Assembly: GCA_038065125.1 (NCBI GenBank)
Contig: JBBTRP010000006.1
Coordinates: forward strand, 172-64,171
Direction: 5' to 3'
Length of the DNA: 64,000 bases
Source of the DNA: Patescibacteria group bacterium
GTDB taxonomy: Bacteria > Patescibacteriota > Patescibacteriia > JACQRZ01
Each line of letters begins with the position of its first letter. The first letter of the stretch is position 1. A model generated the notes under the pieces. That model was given only the letters and a program-made list of their open reading frames with translations. It was not told the DNA's origin and did not search any database. This document shows positions 29,185-39,007 of the stretch, in pieces. The translations under genes and the position numbers were made by a program.

Positions 29185-30071
29185 AAAAAATACAAGGTTT
29201 ACTACTGCTTGCCCGTCCGTATCAATGGCATAAAAATGTACTCGTCCTAGCCGCGCTTTTATTTTCCGGGCAACTTGAGAGTGTGTCCTCAGTTCAGCTT
29301 TCACTCGTGGCATTCTTTGCTTTTTGCCTCCTTTCTTCAGCGATCTATGTAATAAATGACATTCGCGATTGCGATGACGATCGTCATCACCCAGTAAAAC
29401 AAAAACGCCCGCTTCCGACAGGAGATGTGACATTGATTCACGCATGGGTACTGAGTATAGTTCTTCTCGTTTGCGGAATGTTGGTAAGTTTCTTTCTTGG
29501 AATTTCTTTTTTTGCGGCTGCAGGTGCATATGTCGTTTTGAACGGTTGTTATACATTTGCCCTGAAGAGGATTCCACTTCTGGAGATTTTTTCAGTCGCT
29601 ATGTGTTATGTGCTTCGTGTTGTTGCTGGCGCCTTTGCGATCCATGCTCCCGTAACACCCTATCTACTGATTGCAAGTATGTTGCTATCCATTCTCCTCA
29701 TTCTTGGAAAGCGCAGGCATGAGCGTATGCTCTTTCTTGAAACGGTCCCATTACACCGACCGGTTCTTGCTCAGTATTCCATACAATTTTTGGACCAGCT
29801 TACTACAATATCAGCCGCGGCGACTCTTATTGTGTATATTCTCTATACCCTTGACGAGCACACAAGGACACTTACAGGAAGTTCACTCATGCCCCTCACT
29901 ATACCGTTTGTCATCTATGGTCTCTTCCGCTATCTTTTGATTGTTGGTAATCTTGATCGCGGCGGCGATCCGTCGAGAGATCTTCTTCTCGACAAACCTC
30001 TTCTCGCCACGTCGTTGGTATGGGTAGGAAGCATTATCCTCATTATTTATTCTGCCCGCCACTCCTTATGA
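29172..30071 (+). CDS. Polyprenyl-phosphate phosphoribosyltransferase (UbiA family, DPPR-synthase-like)
   Basis: RPYQWHKN, YVINDIRDCDDDRHHPVKQKRP, KRRHE, HRPVLAQYS, GGDP. Confidence 0.88.
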   Translation: MVLIKKIQGLLLLARPYQWHKNVLVLAALLFSGQLESVSSVQLSLVAFFAFCLLSSAIYVINDIRDCDDDRHHPVKQKRPLPTGDVTLIHAWVLSIVLLVCGMLVSFFLGISFFAAAGAYVVLNGCYTFALKRIPLLEIFSVAMCYVLRVVAGAFAIHAPVTPYLLIASMLLSILLILGKRRHERMLFLETVPLHRPVLAQYSIQFLDQLTTISAAATLIVYILYTLDEHTRTLTGSSLMPLTIPFVIYGLFRYLLIVGNLDRGGDPSRDLLLDKPLLATSLVWVGSIILIIYSARHSL

Positions 30072-31405
30072 AGCATGATCCGCTCCAAATCCAATTGTTT
30101 CGTAGTAAGCGCGTTCTTGTTTTAGGAGACATCATGATTGATCATTACATCTACGGCGATTCAAACAGAATTTCTCCAGAAGCCCCAGTTCCTATAGTAA
30201 ATCGTAAGTCAGAATCCTACCATCTTGGCGGAGCCGCTAATGTGGCGCACGCAATTACGTCTCTTGGTGCAGAGGTTCTCCTGTGTGGAGTGGTTGGTAA
30301 TGATGATGCAAAGTCGATCGTTTTTAACCTCCTCCACAAGGCCGCAATCGCATCGCACGGCATTTTCTTTTCGGACACAAAAAAAACGGTCATCAAACAA
30401 CGCATCGTCGTCAACGGTCATCACATGCTTCGTCTTGACAGCGACGACACCCCGTACTTCTCTGAGGAGGATTGTCGGCGTTTTACGGCCATGGTCGAGC
30501 CGTTGATTGTTTGGGCAGACGTGGTGCTTTTTTCCGACTACGGAAAAGGCGTGTGTTCCCCGTCGCTGGTCAAACGAATCCTTGCACACGCAAAAGCGCA
30601 TGGCAAAGCCGTGATTGCAGATTTTAAACCAGGAAATGACGCACGCTTTTGCGGGGCGAACCTTATTGTTCCGACCGAGCAGGAGACGCGAGAACTTACC
30701 GGATGCAGTACATTTATGGAGGCGGGCCCACGTCTCGTGAGTGAATACCAGTCAGATGTGTTGGTGACACGCGGAAAAGAAGGAATGACGATTTTCTTCA
30801 AAAATGGGGACACCACTTCCATTCCCCCTAATCCCATGAACGAGTTTGACGTTACGGGAGCAGGGGATACGATCCTTGCGATTCTCGGTTTGGCATATGC
30901 GGTCGGAATGCCGCTGCATGAGGCAGCAACACTTGCGAATCGAGGAGAGGGGATTGTGGTGCAAAAGCCCGGAACTGCGACCGTAAGTCTTGAAGAACTA
31001 ATTTCGAGTGTCGAAGACAATCGTCATATCGAAGGCGTTAGTCTTGTGCCCAAGATCTGGGGATATGAGAAATGGTTGGAAAATAGTGATAAGTACTGTT
31101 CAAAAATTCTTTCACTCAATAAAGGGTTCCAGTGCAGCCTTCACTACCACAAAATGAAGGACGAGATGTTTCTTATACTTAAGGGGCATGTACGCATGGA
31201 GGTTGGCGACACCGTTTCACATATGCGCGAAGGTAACTTTGTTCGTATCGCACCCGAGACCCCGCATCGATTTACTGGAATTGACAATTCGATGATTTTG
31301 GAGGTTAGTACCTATCACGACGAGGGTGACTCATATCGAATACAAGAGAGTAGGAAACTAGACGAGTATGAATTCAGCTTCCTCGCTCCCGGTCGCACTA
31401 TATGA
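30068..31405 (+). CDS. HldA/RfaE-type heptose-7-phosphate kinase fused to a C-terminal cupin
   Basis: GDIMID, RISPEAPVP, GGAANVA, SDYGKG, DVTGAGDT; then PKIWGYE...SLHYH..KDE...HRF. Confidence 0.85.
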   Translation: MKHDPLQIQLFRSKRVLVLGDIMIDHYIYGDSNRISPEAPVPIVNRKSESYHLGGAANVAHAITSLGAEVLLCGVVGNDDAKSIVFNLLHKAAIASHGIFFSDTKKTVIKQRIVVNGHHMLRLDSDDTPYFSEEDCRRFTAMVEPLIVWADVVLFSDYGKGVCSPSLVKRILAHAKAHGKAVIADFKPGNDARFCGANLIVPTEQETRELTGCSTFMEAGPRLVSEYQSDVLVTRGKEGMTIFFKNGDTTSIPPNPMNEFDVTGAGDTILAILGLAYAVGMPLHEAATLANRGEGIVVQKPGTATVSLEELISSVEDNRHIEGVSLVPKIWGYEKWLENSDKYCSKILSLNKGFQCSLHYHKMKDEMFLILKGHVRMEVGDTVSHMREGNFVRIAPETPHRFTGIDNSMILEVSTYHDEGDSYRIQESRKLDEYEFSFLAPGRTI

Positions 31406-31926
31406 GAAGAGCTGTGTTCTTTGATCGGGATAACACTTTAAATAAAGATGCTGGGTACACACATACAATCGAAGAATACCAACTTCTGCCCAGCGTTCTG
31501 TCCACTCTCAAGAGGTTGGAGAAAACAAATTTTTTGAAAATCATTATCACTAATCAGTCTGGCATTGCGAGAGGATATTATGCGGTAGAGCATTTCGATG
31601 GGTTTATGACTCACATGCTCAATGATTTTAAGGGCAATGGAGTTACAATAGATGGCGTGTATCACTGTGCTCATTTACCTGATGATTCGTGCAACTGCCG
31701 AAAACCGCAGCCCGGCATGTTTTTTCAAGCTGCCACAGATCACGGCGTTGATCTTTCAATCAGTTGGTCCGTTGGTAACTCCCACTCAGATGTCGTCGCC
31801 GGAAAACGTGCGGGAGTCCGAACGATAATGCTCGGCGCAAGTAATACTGTTGACGAGGAGGCGACACCTCACCATAGTGTCGAGACGCTTGATGCTGCGG
31901 TCGATATTATTATGGGCACTCAATGA
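31402..31926 (+). CDS. gmhB: D,D-heptose 1,7-bisphosphate phosphatase
   Basis: FFDRDNTL, TNQSGIARG, CAHLPDDSCNCRKP. Confidence 0.88.
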   Translation: MRRAVFFDRDNTLNKDAGYTHTIEEYQLLPSVLSTLKRLEKTNFLKIIITNQSGIARGYYAVEHFDGFMTHMLNDFKGNGVTIDGVYHCAHLPDDSCNCRKPQPGMFFQAATDHGVDLSISWSVGNSHSDVVAGKRAGVRTIMLGASNTVDEEATPHHSVETLDAAVDIIMGTQ

Positions 31927-33455
31927 AAGTCAGCCAGCTTGGGAAAAATATTATTACGTCATTCGTCGGCCAGGGCATTCTCCTGGTTTCTTCTTTTATC
32001 TCAACACACGTTATATATCATCACTTAGGACGAGATGTATTGGGACTTCTGAATTTTTCGCTTCTGATCACATCCTTTTTGGTAAGCTTTTTGGATTTTG
32101 GCATCAGTGTGGTTGCGACACGCGAGTTGGCCGCCTATCGATCAACGAGGCCAGAATACACTGAGTCGATTATTCGTTCACTTTCGTTTATCTCACTCCT
32201 TACGTTCTGCCTCTCTTCTCTTGTGATCGCGCTCCTCTCGCCACTTCTATTGAACGGTTGGGTGCGTCTTGAAAATATTTCTGTTGTTAATTCCTGGGTG
32301 CTTGTCTCCTTTGTATGTATCTCTGTTGGGCTTTTGCTGGGAATTCTGAGAACATTTTACAGTATTGTCCTCAACGGCTATGAGCGTGTTGACGCCGTAC
32401 AATGGTCGCAGGTTTCGTTCGTCGCGATCCAGCAGATTGGACTTATTACACTACCGCTTATCAAGAGTAGCTTATTTGTTATTGCTGCGTGGTATTTGGT
32501 ATCGGGCCTGGCGGGAACGGCTCTATTCGGGTGGCGAGCATTTCGTGTTGCGGGGTGGCCGTTGTTTCGGCCGCGCGCATCCTTTTTTTTCCTCCGTAAT
32601 AATGCGAGGTATGCCGTGGAAAATTTTTTTGCAAGTTTTTCAGGAACACTCATTTTCCAGTCGGACAAGTGGCTCATGAGCAGATTTTTCCCGATCGGAA
32701 TGCTGGGGTTTTACACATCCACGCAGGCGCTAGCCGGTAAGGGTACGATCCTTGCAAGCTCGGTGGTTAGCGCAATTTTCCCCTCGATTTCACATGACGT
32801 GGAGAATGTGAGCGTAAATGAGTGGCGGAAACGGTATGCGGTTGCGCAAGATATTTGTTTAGTTACGTCGGGGTGTCTACTTGCTGCCATCTATTTTTTT
32901 GGGACAGATCTTTTGACCGGAATTTTTTCTGCAGAGATTGCCCTACAGATGAAGTATCCGCTGTTCATCTTGTGTGTGGGGGCGTTTTTTCACGCGAGTC
33001 TCTATGTGCCCAGCTGGGTTGCTATTGCGATGAAGAAGACCGATATGCTTGTGAAGGCAAATTGTGTAAGCATGGTAATAGTTTTTCCGTTGTTGTGGTT
33101 CCTTGCCAGTAAATTCGGAATACTCGGCCTCTCGACAATCACGCTTCTGTTCATTTGCGTCCAATATGTTTTTTTTATCCCGCGCTTTGCAGCCGAGTGC
33201 ATCCAATCGTCAGCGTGCCTATGGTATCGTCATGCATTCGCTCTTGCAATGTCTGCGGGCGTGACGTATGGTAGTTTCTATGCTCTCTCGACTTTTTTTC
33301 CTGGGATCGCGATCCGAGTAGCGTTCTATTGCGCTGGCACTGCGGCCTTCCTTGTAATCAGTAGTCAGTTGGTTAGCGTTCGACTTGCTGATGTCCTACG
33401 CGAATTAATTACAAACGCTTTTTCAAAAATACTTCCTTACCGTAACATCGTATGA
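31923..33455 (+). CDS. wzx: Wzx-type oligosaccharide flippase
   Basis: About 12-14 TMs; LDFGIS..TRELA, SDKWLMS, GFY. Confidence 0.8.
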   Translation: MKVSQLGKNIITSFVGQGILLVSSFISTHVIYHHLGRDVLGLLNFSLLITSFLVSFLDFGISVVATRELAAYRSTRPEYTESIIRSLSFISLLTFCLSSLVIALLSPLLLNGWVRLENISVVNSWVLVSFVCISVGLLLGILRTFYSIVLNGYERVDAVQWSQVSFVAIQQIGLITLPLIKSSLFVIAAWYLVSGLAGTALFGWRAFRVAGWPLFRPRASFFFLRNNARYAVENFFASFSGTLIFQSDKWLMSRFFPIGMLGFYTSTQALAGKGTILASSVVSAIFPSISHDVENVSVNEWRKRYAVAQDICLVTSGCLLAAIYFFGTDLLTGIFSAEIALQMKYPLFILCVGAFFHASLYVPSWVAIAMKKTDMLVKANCVSMVIVFPLLWFLASKFGILGLSTITLLFICVQYVFFIPRFAAECIQSSACLWYRHAFALAMSAGVTYGSFYALSTFFPGIAIRVAFYCAGTAAFLVISSQLVSVRLADVLRELITNAFSKILPYRNIV

Positions 33456-34669
33456 GTGGCACGATTACCGAGTGTCGGGTCTGCGCCTCGCCCATTCTTG
33501 AACCGGTCATCGATCTTGGATCGCAGCCATGGTGTGGCAATTTTCTGAAAGAAGATGCAGTTGGTACGGAGCCGCTATTTTCTTTGCGGTTAGTATATTG
33601 TGAGCGATGTTGTACACCGCAACTCGACTACACCGTGCCAAAGGAGTATATGTTTTCCGACCATACATATCTCTCGAATATCACATACACGCTGAGTAAT
33701 CACTTTAAGTCAGTTGCGCAGGAGGTGAAGCAGCGATTTTTCAGGGCACAAGACACGCCATCAGTTCTTGACATAGGCTCAAACGACGGTCTCGCACTCA
33801 AACACTACCAAGACCTTGGATTTGATGTATTAGGCGTTGAGTCAGCTAAAACTGCGGCACGTCTTGCGCGGGAAGCGGGGATACCAACAGAGAATGCGTT
33901 CTTCGATCTTGGGTTTGCAGAGCGACTCGGTCGCACGTTCGATGTGGTGAGCGCCTCAGGAGTCTTTTTCCACCTCGAAGATCTCCATTCGGTCGTAGAA
34001 GGGATTAAAAGAGTCCTCGCTCACGACGGAATATTCGTTGTACAGTTTTTGTACATGAAGAGAATTATAGAAAACCGGGCATTTGATCAGATCTACCACG
34101 AACACTTGCTGTACTATACTCTCAAGAATATTGCAACACTTCTCAATAGTCATGGAATGGAGATGTTTGATGCATATCTATCCTCGATTCATGGTGGTTC
34201 GATCATCGGATTCATCACGCATAAGGGGAGACAGCCCCAGTCACAGCGCCTCGGCGACCTTCGATCCATCGAGGATCGAGATGAGACAAACATGAAAAAA
34301 ACATACCTTTCTTTCGCAAAATCGATTGAGGTGATGAAGGTAGAAAATCTTGAGTACCTTGAGAGAAAAAAATCTCAAGGTAAAACCATCTTCGGCTTTG
34401 GCGCACCTGCAAAAGGAAATACACTTCTGAACTATTTTAATATCGGCGGGCAGTACCTTGATCTTTTGGTCGAGAAAAATCGTCTTCGTAAAAATTTATA
34501 CTCGCCAGGACAGCACCTTAAAATCGTGATGGAAGACGAGCTCGCCGCCCCTCCGGATGTGTACTATGTGTTGGCATGGAACTTTAAGGACGAGATCCTC
34601 GCTAAGAATGCGCACCTTATCGAAAAAGGAGTTGAGTTTTATTTTCCGGTCGACCCTCTCGCCGTATGA
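33452..34669 (+). CDS. NDP-sugar C-methyltransferase (Zn-binding, TylCIII/TcaB9-like) no. 1
   Basis: CRVC...CERC, DIGSNDG, DQIYHEH, HGGS, GAPAKG, LAWNF. Confidence 0.88.
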   Translation: MSGTITECRVCASPILEPVIDLGSQPWCGNFLKEDAVGTEPLFSLRLVYCERCCTPQLDYTVPKEYMFSDHTYLSNITYTLSNHFKSVAQEVKQRFFRAQDTPSVLDIGSNDGLALKHYQDLGFDVLGVESAKTAARLAREAGIPTENAFFDLGFAERLGRTFDVVSASGVFFHLEDLHSVVEGIKRVLAHDGIFVVQFLYMKRIIENRAFDQIYHEHLLYYTLKNIATLLNSHGMEMFDAYLSSIHGGSIIGFITHKGRQPQSQRLGDLRSIEDRDETNMKKTYLSFAKSIEVMKVENLEYLERKKSQGKTIFGFGAPAKGNTLLNYFNIGGQYLDLLVEKNRLRKNLYSPGQHLKIVMEDELAAPPDVYYVLAWNFKDEILAKNAHLIEKGVEFYFPVDPLAV

Positions 34670-35580
34670 GGGTGTGTGTTACAGGAGCGAGCGGGTTTGT
34701 CGGGAGTGCCCTTTGCCCATTTTTAGAGGGTCAAGGGCATGAAGTTGTGCGTCTCACCTCACGAAGCGCAGATCTCACTAAGCAAGGAAGTCTCGAGCCG
34801 TATGCCTCGATGAAGTTCGACGTGATCTACCACCTTGCGGCATGGACACAAGCAGGTGACTTCTCGCTTCATCATTGCGGTGAGGAGTGGATGATCAATC
34901 AGGCAATGAATACCAACCTGCTCACTTGGTGGGCGACTGTCCAGCCTCAAGCAAAACTGATTGCAATTGGAACAAGCTGCTCCTACGACCCGTCACTTCC
35001 TCATGTTGAGGAGAATTACACGCTCGGCATGCCAACCGAGAGCCTTGTGACGTACGCGATGACAAAGCGGATGATCTATTACGGCCTTAGTGCGCTTAAC
35101 CGTCAGTTTGGTTTACGCTATCTTACGGTCGCACCATCTACTATCTATGGTCCGGGCTATCAGTTAAGAGACGGTAAGCAATTACATTTTATTTTTGATC
35201 TGATCAGAAAGATTGTACAAGGAAAGCTCACTGGCGAGGAGGTCGTACTGTGGGGCGACGGATACCAGAAACGCGAGCTTATTTACATCGACGACTTTAT
35301 TGCTGTCTTAGTTGGGCTTGCTGGCATATGCGAGAATATGTTGGTCAACATCGGAGGGGGCGAGGAGCACACCATCCGGGAGTTTGCGGGGATGATATGC
35401 GATGACGTTGGATATGATCCTGCACTTATCCAGTATGACACGAGCAAGTTTGTTGGTGCGCGAGCAAAATTTTTGATTATTGACAAGCTCAAGGGCCTTC
35501 TTCCCGACATCTCATTTACACCGCTTCGCCAGGGGCTGACACAGACGATTGCGTGGTATTGGAATCAGTTGAATGCATGA
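34666..35580 (+). CDS. GDP-fucose synthase (Fcl/ColC)-like epimerase/reductase
   Basis: TGASGFVG, GTSCSY, TYAMTK, WGDGYQKRE. Confidence 0.8.
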   Translation: MRVCVTGASGFVGSALCPFLEGQGHEVVRLTSRSADLTKQGSLEPYASMKFDVIYHLAAWTQAGDFSLHHCGEEWMINQAMNTNLLTWWATVQPQAKLIAIGTSCSYDPSLPHVEENYTLGMPTESLVTYAMTKRMIYYGLSALNRQFGLRYLTVAPSTIYGPGYQLRDGKQLHFIFDLIRKIVQGKLTGEEVVLWGDGYQKRELIYIDDFIAVLVGLAGICENMLVNIGGGEEHTIREFAGMICDDVGYDPALIQYDTSKFVGARAKFLIIDKLKGLLPDISFTPLRQGLTQTIAWYWNQLNA

Positions 35581-36595
35581 GTATGTCTTCGTGGAGCACA
35601 AAATCAGCAAGCCCCCACTGCTCAGTATTGGGTAGTACCACCTGCGAGGTCTGAATCATTTTCTTAAAAGCAGGCACCTCCTGCAAGTGAGCAGTCGGTC
35701 GATATTTTTGCGCTTCCCTGCTGTGCTCCTGGTGGTAGATCGGGTGGGGAATTAGTACTTGTAGAAGGCGTGCATAATCGGCAAGAATAACCATGTAACA
35801 GTCGACGCTTCTATCAGCTCCGATTTCCGGATATCCACGCAACCGAGTCCATTGCGTGGAGGGCATAAGAAAGAAGTCGCCACAATTGATAAACAGTCCG
35901 TCAAACGAGCGTCCGTGTTCATCCTCTACTGTCATCTCTTTTCCGACCCCGATCCGATGAAGTTCGCGCATGATTTTTTCTTGTATCATGGCAAGAGAGA
36001 AGAACTCTCTACGATGGCGCAGCTGTGCTTTTTTCCACTCCTTATTATCCAAAATGACTTGGCCGCGAAGGCTTTGAACTCGAAATGAGTGATCTTTGCA
36101 AAAAAACTCCCTCTCGATGGGAGTGAGCTCATCTGGTACGAGATCGTAGAAGTCATATCGCTCAATGCGAAAAAAAGCATTATCAGGTATCTCAATATTT
36201 TTAAGGTATGAGATTAGTCCATCGGATACAATGATGTCTGAGTTCATTGCCGCTATATATGCGCCTCGCGCTCGGCGGATTCCGACATTCTTTGCTAAGA
36301 ATTCGCAGTAGGGGATGTCGTTGGAGTGGGAAGTCTTTTCATGTACATCGGATGGGACAGTGATTATCCGTATGGGTTTCTTTTTGAGTTCATCTGGTAG
36401 ACTTAGTACATCTATGAGTCGGGGCGCATTATCGGGCGGGTTCCACTCGACGATGATCAGCTCCATACTAAGGTCGTGCTTGATGGAGAGTTCCAAAAGC
36501 GTTCGAATACACATGGAAAATCGATGGAGGAAATTACCACCGAAATTGTCGTTCCGAGCGGGAATTACAAAACTATAGCGAGGAGAACCATTCAT
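35516..36595 (-). CDS. GT-A fold glycosyltransferase-like protein
   Basis: SFVIPARNDNFGG, IIVEWNP, KNVGIRRARG, NSDI, CGDF, RGY; start moved to ATG 36595. Confidence 0.6.
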   Translation of the reverse strand: MNGSPRYSFVIPARNDNFGGNFLHRFSMCIRTLLELSIKHDLSMELIIVEWNPPDNAPRLIDVLSLPDELKKKPIRIITVPSDVHEKTSHSNDIPYCEFLAKNVGIRRARGAYIAAMNSDIIVSDGLISYLKNIEIPDNAFFRIERYDFYDLVPDELTPIEREFFCKDHSFRVQSLRGQVILDNKEWKKAQLRHRREFFSLAMIQEKIMRELHRIGVGKEMTVEDEHGRSFDGLFINCGDFFLMPSTQWTRLRGYPEIGADRSVDCYMVILADYARLLQVLIPHPIYHQEHSREAQKYRPTAHLQEVPAFKKMIQTSQVVLPNTEQWGLADFVLHEDILMHSTDSNTTQSSVSAPGEAV

Positions 36596-36604
36596 ATACA
36601 CGTT

Positions 36605-36633
36605 ACTATACGAACTGAAAAGCATTGGGTCAA
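36605..36633 (-). promoter_or_regulatory. Near-leaderless sigma70 promoter
   Basis: TTGACC-N17-TATAGT ending 9 nt before ATG 36595. Confidence 0.55.
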
Positions 36634-36687
36634 CCCATTGACGAGAAAGGTCTTGCCTGGAATACTATCTTCACTGTACGAATGACT

Positions 36688-37914
36688 ATGGACACTATTA
36701 GTTGCTGTAGAGTCTGTCAAAACCCGCGCCTACATAATTTTTTTCATTTGGGCGATCATCCGCTTGCCAACTCGCTTCTCTCAAATCCAAATGATCCGGA
36801 GCAGAAATACCCGTTATCTTTAAGCTGGTGCCAAGATTGTTCGCTCGTACAACTAAATGAGACCGTAGACCCTAAGGTGCTCTTTTCACAGTACGTCTGG
36901 GTAACGGGGACATCGCAGGGCGCACGAGAGTATGCCGAAGTGTTCTGCAAAGAGCTCTTAGAACGGATTGAGCTTTCTGCCGGAGACTTTGTTCTTGAAA
37001 TTGCAAGCAATGATGGGACATTTTTAAAACCTTTTCGCGCACGAGGAATCACTGTCGTAGGCATCGATCCAGCTGAAAATATTATCAAAACAGCTAACGA
37101 GGATGGTATCCCAACTGAGCCAGTGTTCTGGGGGGTCGAATCTGCTCATGTATTGCGAAAAAAATATGGGAGGCCGCGTGTTATTTTTGCGCGCAACGTA
37201 CTGCCTCATGTCGCCAATACGCAAGACTTTGTTCGCGCGATTGCTGACACGGTCGTTGAGGATGGGCTTGTTGCCATCGAGGTTCATTATGCCCGGACCA
37301 TCCAGAAAGAGTTACATTACGACTCCATTTATCATGAGCATCTTTGCTACTTTACCGTTGAGAGTCTCGAGCGACTGTTGCGCGAGGCAGGATTGTACGT
37401 ATTCGATGTGAATGAGAGTCCTTTGAATGGTGGGTCAATAGTTGTCTATGCTTCTCGCACTCCGAAGCAGACGTCACCGCGACTTGATGGGAGTCGAGCG
37501 AATGAGCGAGAGAGTAAAATAAATTCCCTCGAGAAGTGGCAAGAGTTTTCTCGCGCTGCCACGCGCCACGCCTCAGAGTTTCGAGCCCTTCTTTCGAGAG
37601 TCGGTGGAAATCACGTCGTTGGATGGGGGGCCTCTGCAAGGAGCTCAACGCTTTTAAATTATTGTGGTATTACGCGAGAGACAATAGCGGAAGTTGCAGA
37701 CATGAACCCACTCAAGCAGGGATTATTCACGGCAGGAACCGGAATTCCAATTCGAGCACCGGGTGTCGTTTTTCAGACAAAGCCTGACCTTGTCGTTCTC
37801 CTTGCATGGAACTTTACTGACGAGATTCGTGAAAGTCTCCGGACCGACTTTTCTTATTCCGGAGCAGTCATTACCCCTCTACCAGGAGCTCCGACACTCC
37901 ACCCTTCATCGTAA
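36688..37914 (+). CDS. NDP-sugar C-methyltransferase no. 2
   Basis: CRVC...CQDC, EIASNDG, DSIYHEH, NGGS, GASARS, LAWNF; start at 36688 or 36682. Confidence 0.88.
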   Translation: MDTISCCRVCQNPRLHNFFHLGDHPLANSLLSNPNDPEQKYPLSLSWCQDCSLVQLNETVDPKVLFSQYVWVTGTSQGAREYAEVFCKELLERIELSAGDFVLEIASNDGTFLKPFRARGITVVGIDPAENIIKTANEDGIPTEPVFWGVESAHVLRKKYGRPRVIFARNVLPHVANTQDFVRAIADTVVEDGLVAIEVHYARTIQKELHYDSIYHEHLCYFTVESLERLLREAGLYVFDVNESPLNGGSIVVYASRTPKQTSPRLDGSRANERESKINSLEKWQEFSRAATRHASEFRALLSRVGGNHVVGWGASARSSTLLNYCGITRETIAEVADMNPLKQGLFTAGTGIPIRAPGVVFQTKPDLVVLLAWNFTDEIRESLRTDFSYSGAVITPLPGAPTLHPSS

Positions 37915-37942
37915 CTTCTCCCATATTTTTAATCAGGAATAT

Positions 37943-38392
37943 ATGCTTGACGGAGTTCAAGTCACGCCACTAAAAAAAATTCCAGATGTGCGCGGCACCA
38001 TTATGCCTGGTGTCCGTTGTGACACGTTGATGAATCCTTTCGGCGAGGTCTATTTCAAGAAGCTGTATGCAGGTATTATCAATGGGTGGCATGTACATGA
38101 GACGCTGACGCTGAATTACATCTGTATTGCGGGAATGATCAAGATCGTTCTTTACGACATGCGGGAGAGCTCTCTGACATTCAAGCAGTTGCAGGAAGTG
38201 TATCTTGGTGATGACAACTATGCGCTCCTCCACATTCCTCCTGGGATTGCGAATGCCGTAAAAAGTATCGCCTTACCTCACGCACTTTTTTGCAACATCG
38301 CATCTGAGCCGCATAATCCGAATATAAAGTACAGAAGAATCGATCCGCACTCGAGCGAGATACCATACGATTGGAGCAAAAAAGATTTTTAA
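37943..38392 (+). CDS. RmlC-like NDP-4-keto-6-deoxysugar epimerase (cupin)
   Basis: DVRG, FGEVY, GWHVH, LYDMRESS, IPPGIAN; start ATG 37943. Confidence 0.82.
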   Translation: MLDGVQVTPLKKIPDVRGTIMPGVRCDTLMNPFGEVYFKKLYAGIINGWHVHETLTLNYICIAGMIKIVLYDMRESSLTFKQLQEVYLGDDNYALLHIPPGIANAVKSIALPHALFCNIASEPHNPNIKYRRIDPHSSEIPYDWSKKDF

Positions 38393-38404
38393 GAAGTCCA
38401 CCCG

Positions 38405-39007
38405 ATGACGGACGTTAATGTATTTATCGAGACCTTTACGCATAAAGTCACTACTGCGCTTTGCTCTGTTTCAGTCGAGCAGATAAAATCGGCAATTGCA
38501 GCCCTTCGAGCGTGTTGCACTCGTTCGGGTCGCGTGTATGTTTTCGGAAACGGTGGTTCCTATGCAATGGCAGGGCATTGGTCAAGCGACTTGAATAAAG
38601 CAATTCTGTATAGGAGGGGCCGCAAGCGAACACAGAGTGATTTCTGTGTCGTTCGCTTGCCGATGAGTGACGCCGAATTAACCGCATGGGCAAACGACAG
38701 TGGCTATGATAGTGTATTTGCGGGTCCCCTGATGCATCTTGTCCGACCCGCCGATCTTGTAATTGCTCTTTCATGTTCCGGAAACTCTCTCAATGTTCTC
38801 AATGCTGTCAATGTCGCGAAACAGCTGGCCGTTCCCGTCATCGGATTCACTGGCTTTGATGGCGGAGAGCTTAAAAAAATTTCTGATATTTCAATTCATG
38901 TGCAGACAGAAAAGTCGGAGTATGCTGCGGTTGAAAGCGTTCACGCGACAGTCCTGAATCTCTTAACTGACTTCTTCAACACGAACGACAGTACGCTTGC
39001 GATATGA
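38405..39007 (+). CDS. gmhA: GmhA-like phosphoheptose isomerase (SIS domain)
   Basis: FGNGGS, TAWANDSGY, SCSGNS, TGFDGG, ESVH. Confidence 0.78.
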   Translation: MTDVNVFIETFTHKVTTALCSVSVEQIKSAIAALRACCTRSGRVYVFGNGGSYAMAGHWSSDLNKAILYRRGRKRTQSDFCVVRLPMSDAELTAWANDSGYDSVFAGPLMHLVRPADLVIALSCSGNSLNVLNAVNVAKQLAVPVIGFTGFDGGELKKISDISIHVQTEKSEYAAVESVHATVLNLLTDFFNTNDSTLAI

